From positions 1-43,498 of the forward strand of contig JAHIMV010000081.1 of the NCBI GenBank assembly GCA_018896315.1: a DNA stretch of 43,498 nt, given 5' to 3'. Both the position numbers and the translations under genes were made by a program. The DNA comes from Patescibacteria group bacterium (GTDB taxonomy: Bacteria > Patescibacteriota > Patescibacteriia > UBA2591 > UBA6264). Positions 40,087 through 43,498 of this stretch are shown here, piece after piece; positions within the stretch are counted from its first letter, which is position 1, and the number at the start of each line of letters is the position of its first letter. The notes below the pieces were generated by a model. That model worked only from the letters and a program-made list of their open reading frames with translations. It did no database searches and was not told the DNA's origin.

Positions 40087-41163
40087 ATGATTTTTATTAT
40101 TTTTTTTCTCAGTCTTGCTTTGGCAATTATTTTGACTCCTTTGGTTCGTAGTTTGGCAATAAAGTTAAATGTGGTTGATGTTTTTGGAAAATCAGAAAGA
40201 AAGATTCACAAAAAAACCACTCCTCTTTTGGGCGGTTTAGTGATATTTCTTTCTTTTTTTATTATTCTTTTTATTGCTAAACAAACTGCTTGGTGGCCTG
40301 CAGGCAAGGTTTTAGACAAACATTTAATCGGTTTGTTTTTAGCAGGTAGTTTGTTGATGATAGGAGGTTTTTTAGATGATAAATATAATTTAAAACCTGT
40401 TCAACAACTTATTTGGCCTATTTTAGCTTGTCTTGTTGTTATTATTAGTGGAATAGGCATTGAGTATATTAATAATCCTTTTGGCACTGGCTATCTGCAC
40501 CTTGATAATATAAAAATAGAGTTGATTCGATTAAAAGGAATGCCATATTATTTTACTCCTTGGGCTGATTTAGTTACTTTTTTCTGGTTAATGATTTTAA
40601 TGTATTCAACTAAATTACTTGATGGCCTGGACGGTTTGGTATCAGGAATAACAGTTATTGGCGCTTTGGTTATTGCCGGACTTTGTTTTTTTACTGAATT
40701 TTATCAGCCTGATGTTGGATTAATGAGTTTGATTTTGGCTGGAGCAGGATTAGGGTTTTTATTTTTTAATTTCCACCCAGCTAAGATTTTTTTAGGAGAA
40801 GGAGGTAGTCTTTTTGCCGGATTTATGTTAGGATCTTTGGCCATAATTTCAGGAAGCAAAGTGGCAACCACATTTTTAATTTTAGGGCTGGCTATTATTG
40901 ATTTAATTAGCGTCGTAATTCAAAGAACAGTAATTGAACGTCATTCTCCTTTTAAAGGTGATAAAAAACATTTTCATTTTCGTTTATTAGAAATTGGTTT
41001 TTCTCACCGCTTGGCAGTCATTTTTTACTGGTCTATTGCCTTGATATTTGGCTTAACTACTTTATTTTTACAAACAAAAGGTAAAATTATTTCTTTGATT
41101 ATTTTAATTGTTTTTGGCATAAGCTTGATTAATTTATATTCTTTTAGAAGAAAAAAGTGTTAA
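40087..41163 (+). CDS. MraY/WecA-family polyprenyl-phosphate N-acetylhexosamine-1-phosphate transferase (WecA/TagO-like)
   Basis: Polytopic membrane protein with GGFLDDKYNLKP, LLDGLDGL, and a C-terminal DKKHFHFRLLEIGFSHR that resembles WecA/TagO more than MraY. Confidence 0.75.
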   Translation: MIFIIFFLSLALAIILTPLVRSLAIKLNVVDVFGKSERKIHKKTTPLLGGLVIFLSFFIILFIAKQTAWWPAGKVLDKHLIGLFLAGSLLMIGGFLDDKYNLKPVQQLIWPILACLVVIISGIGIEYINNPFGTGYLHLDNIKIELIRLKGMPYYFTPWADLVTFFWLMILMYSTKLLDGLDGLVSGITVIGALVIAGLCFFTEFYQPDVGLMSLILAGAGLGFLFFNFHPAKIFLGEGGSLFAGFMLGSLAIISGSKVATTFLILGLAIIDLISVVIQRTVIERHSPFKGDKKHFHFRLLEIGFSHRLAVIFYWSIALIFGLTTLFLQTKGKIISLIILIVFGISLINLYSFRRKKC

Positions 41164-41212
41164 AAATTAATTTTTTAGTCTTTTTTGGAGTAAAAGAAAG
41201 AGAAAATTCTAA

Positions 41213-41245
41213 AAATCCCCATCTTTTTGGGGATTTTGCCTTTTA
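41213..41245 (+). terminator. rho-independent terminator after the WecA-like gene
   Basis: aaatcccca / tggggattt 9-bp stem with a 6-nt loop, followed by a T-rich tail (ttgcctttt). Confidence 0.65.
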
Positions 41246-41255
41246 AAATATTGCG

Positions 41256-41284
41256 TTGACAATCAATAAAATACAACATATAAT
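41256..41284 (+). promoter_or_regulatory. perfect-consensus sigma70 promoter, TTGACA-17 nt-TATAAT
   Basis: ttgaca (41256..41261), exactly 17 nt, tataat (41279..41284), 21 nt upstream of the ATG at 41306. Confidence 0.7.
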
Positions 41285-41305
41285 AATAATAATATATTTA
41301 AGGCT

Positions 41306-42835
41306 ATGGATAATATAAATCAAGAAAAAATACCTCAACCTGAGGATGAAATAGTGCTTTTTGCCGAGACTAATTATCGGAATATTCGGAAAAAATTTGG
41401 GATTAAGACCAATGACAGGCGTCGGCATATGTATTTAATTGGTAAAACTGGAACTGGAAAAACTACAGCCATGGAGAATATGGCGCTTCAAGATATTCAG
41501 GCTGGTAGAGGAGTGGTTTTTATTGATCCCCATGGTGAGTCAGTTGAAAAAATTTTAAATTTTATTCCTCCAAACCGAATTAATGACACTGTTTATTTTA
41601 ATCCAGCTGACGTAGAATATCCCTTTGCCTTTAATGTTTTGGAGAGCGTTGGTCCTGAGCATAAGCATTTAGTCGCTTCTGGCTTGGTTGGAGTATTTAA
41701 AAAGATTTGGGCAGATTCTTGGGGGCCAAGATTAGAATATGTTCTTAGAAATACTATTCTTGCTTTACTTGAATATCCAGGCAGTACGCTTTTGGGCATA
41801 ATGCGTATTTTGGTTGATAAAGACTTTAGGAAAAAAGTGGTTGACCGTTTAACAGATCCAGTAGTTAAATCATTCTGGGTTGATGAATATCCAAGATATC
41901 CTGAAAGATTGCGTGCCGAGGCTATTGCTCCTATTCAAAATAAGGTGGGACAATTTTTATCTACTTCGTTAATCAGAAATATTGTTGGTCAAGTTCGTTC
42001 TAAAATAAATTTGCGCGAAATTATGGACGAAGGAAAGATTTTAATCATGAATCTTTCTAAAGGAAGAATAGGGGAAGATGCTTCAGCTCTATTGGGGGCA
42101 ATGATGATTACCAAAATTCAAATGGCAGCTATGAGTCGTGTTGATATTCCTGAAGATAAAAGAAGAGATTTTTATCTTTATGTAGATGAATTTCAGAATT
42201 TTGCTACTGACTCATTTGCTGATATCCTTTCAGAAGCCAGAAAATATCGCCTTAATTTAATTATTGGCCATCAATACGTTGGTCAATTAACCCTAGATAG
42301 CACAAAAGTGAGAGATGCTGTTTTTGGCAATGTCGGAACAATGGTAGCCTTTAGAGTGGGAGCTGAAGACGCGGAATTTTTAGCTAAAGAATTTTTTCCT
42401 CGTTTTGATGAAACAGATTTAGTTGATTTAGATCAGTATAATATTTACGTTAAATTAATGATTGATGGAATTACTTCTGAACCATTTTCTGCTGTTACTC
42501 TACCACCTATTTCTAACCCGCAAAATTGTGAAGATAAAATTATTAAGATTTCTCGTGAGAGATATGCTGAGCCCAAAAAGGTCGTTGAAGAAAAAATTGC
42601 TCGTTGGAGTGGCGTAATTAAAACTGGACAAGGATTGCCTCAGCCATACCCAGATAAATATGAAGCAAAATGTGATGGATGTGGAGTTGAAATCAACGTC
42701 CCTTTTATTCCTGATGGTTTAAGGCCTGTCTATTGTAAAAAATGTTTAAAAAAAGCTCGACAAACAGAAAGACCATTAGAAAATATTTCTTTAAAACAGG
42801 CAATTAAAAAAGGCCCAGTTTCTTTTAGAAAATAG
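41306..42835 (+). CDS. TraD/VirD4-like (type IV coupling protein / HerA-FtsK class) P-loop ATPase with C-terminal CxxC-x17-CxxC zinc-ribbon motif
   Basis: Walker A GKTGTGKT, DPHGES, Walker B LYVDEFQNF, RKYRLNLIIGHQ. C-terminus CDGCGVEINVPFIPDGLRPVYCKKC. Has its own consensus promoter. Confidence 0.6.
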   Translation: MDNINQEKIPQPEDEIVLFAETNYRNIRKKFGIKTNDRRRHMYLIGKTGTGKTTAMENMALQDIQAGRGVVFIDPHGESVEKILNFIPPNRINDTVYFNPADVEYPFAFNVLESVGPEHKHLVASGLVGVFKKIWADSWGPRLEYVLRNTILALLEYPGSTLLGIMRILVDKDFRKKVVDRLTDPVVKSFWVDEYPRYPERLRAEAIAPIQNKVGQFLSTSLIRNIVGQVRSKINLREIMDEGKILIMNLSKGRIGEDASALLGAMMITKIQMAAMSRVDIPEDKRRDFYLYVDEFQNFATDSFADILSEARKYRLNLIIGHQYVGQLTLDSTKVRDAVFGNVGTMVAFRVGAEDAEFLAKEFFPRFDETDLVDLDQYNIYVKLMIDGITSEPFSAVTLPPISNPQNCEDKIIKISRERYAEPKKVVEEKIARWSGVIKTGQGLPQPYPDKYEAKCDGCGVEINVPFIPDGLRPVYCKKCLKKARQTERPLENISLKQAIKKGPVSFRK

Positions 42836-42982
42836 CAATACGAATTAATGCGAATTAAGCATACGAATACTACTAATTATTTATATACTATTCGTAATAT
42901 TCTTATGAAAATAGCATACATATTATTAGCATTGCGCCTTTATTCGTAGTATTCGCATGTATTTGTAGATTAGTATTACTAC
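42836..42982. repeat. family D copy 6 (before the flippase-like gene)
   Basis: caatacgaattaatgcgaattaagcatacgaatac ... attcgtagtattcgcatgtatttgtagattagtattac. Confidence 0.7.
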
Positions 42983-43498
42983 ATGAGAAAAATCCTTTTG
43001 TTTAGTATTTCTTTATTGTTTGGTTTAAGTCTGGCTGTTTGGATTTATACTCATATTGATTTAAGGGATGTTTTTTTGCGTTTTGGCTTTTTAGCTTGGT
43101 GGCAAATAATCGTCCTTTTTGCTTTGACATTAACCAAACTTATAATTTGGATTTTCCGGTGGAAGTTAATACTAAAAGCTATGGGCTTTGGTGAATTGCC
43201 TTTTAAGAGTTTAGCTGGAGCTCGTTTAGGTGAAATGGCTTTAAGCTATTTAACACCAGGTATTTACTATGGAGGAGAGATAGTTAGGGTTTTTGCTTTA
43301 AAAAAGAGCACAAATATTCCTATATCGCAAGGAATAGTTTCTGTTATTTCAGATAGAATAATTGAAATTTTTGCTTTTAGTATTTTTGCTTTTTTAGGGG
43401 TATTTGTCTTATTTTTTCAAAAAAATCTGTTTGGAGGCCTTTTTTTTACAATTCTTGGTTTTTTACCTTTGATTTTAGTAGCTTTAATTTTTAGGCTA
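42983..43498 (+). CDS. flippase-like / lysylphosphatidylglycerol-synthase TM-region family membrane protein, 3' end cut by window edge
   Basis: ATG at 42983, open to the window end. Multi-TM with LGEMALSYLTPG..GGE..R pattern. Confidence 0.5.
   Translation, partial: MRKILLFSISLLFGLSLAVWIYTHIDLRDVFLRFGFLAWWQIIVLFALTLTKLIIWIFRWKLILKAMGFGELPFKSLAGARLGEMALSYLTPGIYYGGEIVRVFALKKSTNIPISQGIVSVISDRIIEIFAFSIFAFLGVFVLFFQKNLFGGLFFTILGFLPLILVALIFRL

Noticed and set aside
39813-41799. ORFs 39813..40007 (-), 41243..41428 (-), 41593..41799 (-)
   Set aside because: They are antisense to ruvX (including the palindromic repeat, which reads open on both strands), to the promoter region, and to the ATPase gene.

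Overview
AT-rich bacterial window with the gene content and order of a reduced Candidate Phyla Radiation (Patescibacteria)-like genome. That lineage call is inference from content: rpmD (L30) is missing between rpsE and rplO, few genes have a Shine-Dalgarno sequence, the ComEC MBL domain is split off, and L23 and L22 carry long extensions. Gene order is tpiA (5' cut), fba, a tRNA-Thr/Tyr/Thr - rpmG - tRNA-Trp cluster, dnaJ, a membrane protein, rsmI, metG, cvpA-like, nrdD/nrdG, htrA, prfB (classic +1 frameshift, so UGA is a stop), comEC plus a separate MBL domain, an atypical adenylate-kinase paralogue, tuf, the S10-spc ribosomal-protein cluster through secY-adk-map, ruvX, a WecA/MraY-family transferase, a TraD/VirD4-like ATPase and a truncated flippase-like gene. 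All supported genes are on the + strand. Two features stand out. (1) nrdD is a 2520-codon gene carrying five in-frame LAGLIDADG inteins at conserved catalytic motifs; three of them are clear paralogues. (2) Almost every intercistronic gap of the ribosomal-protein cluster, and several gaps elsewhere, is filled from stop codon to start codon by members of a few structured repeat families. These are a 58-nt Y-shaped core, a 130-nt palindrome, 'acgaat' long inverted repeats, 'aaaatc' ~220-290-nt elements and shared SD-less leader modules. The stems show compensatory changes between copies. Some copies sit in frame inside essential genes (ruvX, nrdG, rplD, dnaJ) or supply C-terminal codons (rplO, adk). 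All similarity, identity and pairing statements come from reading the sequence by eye; nothing was folded or searched computationally.
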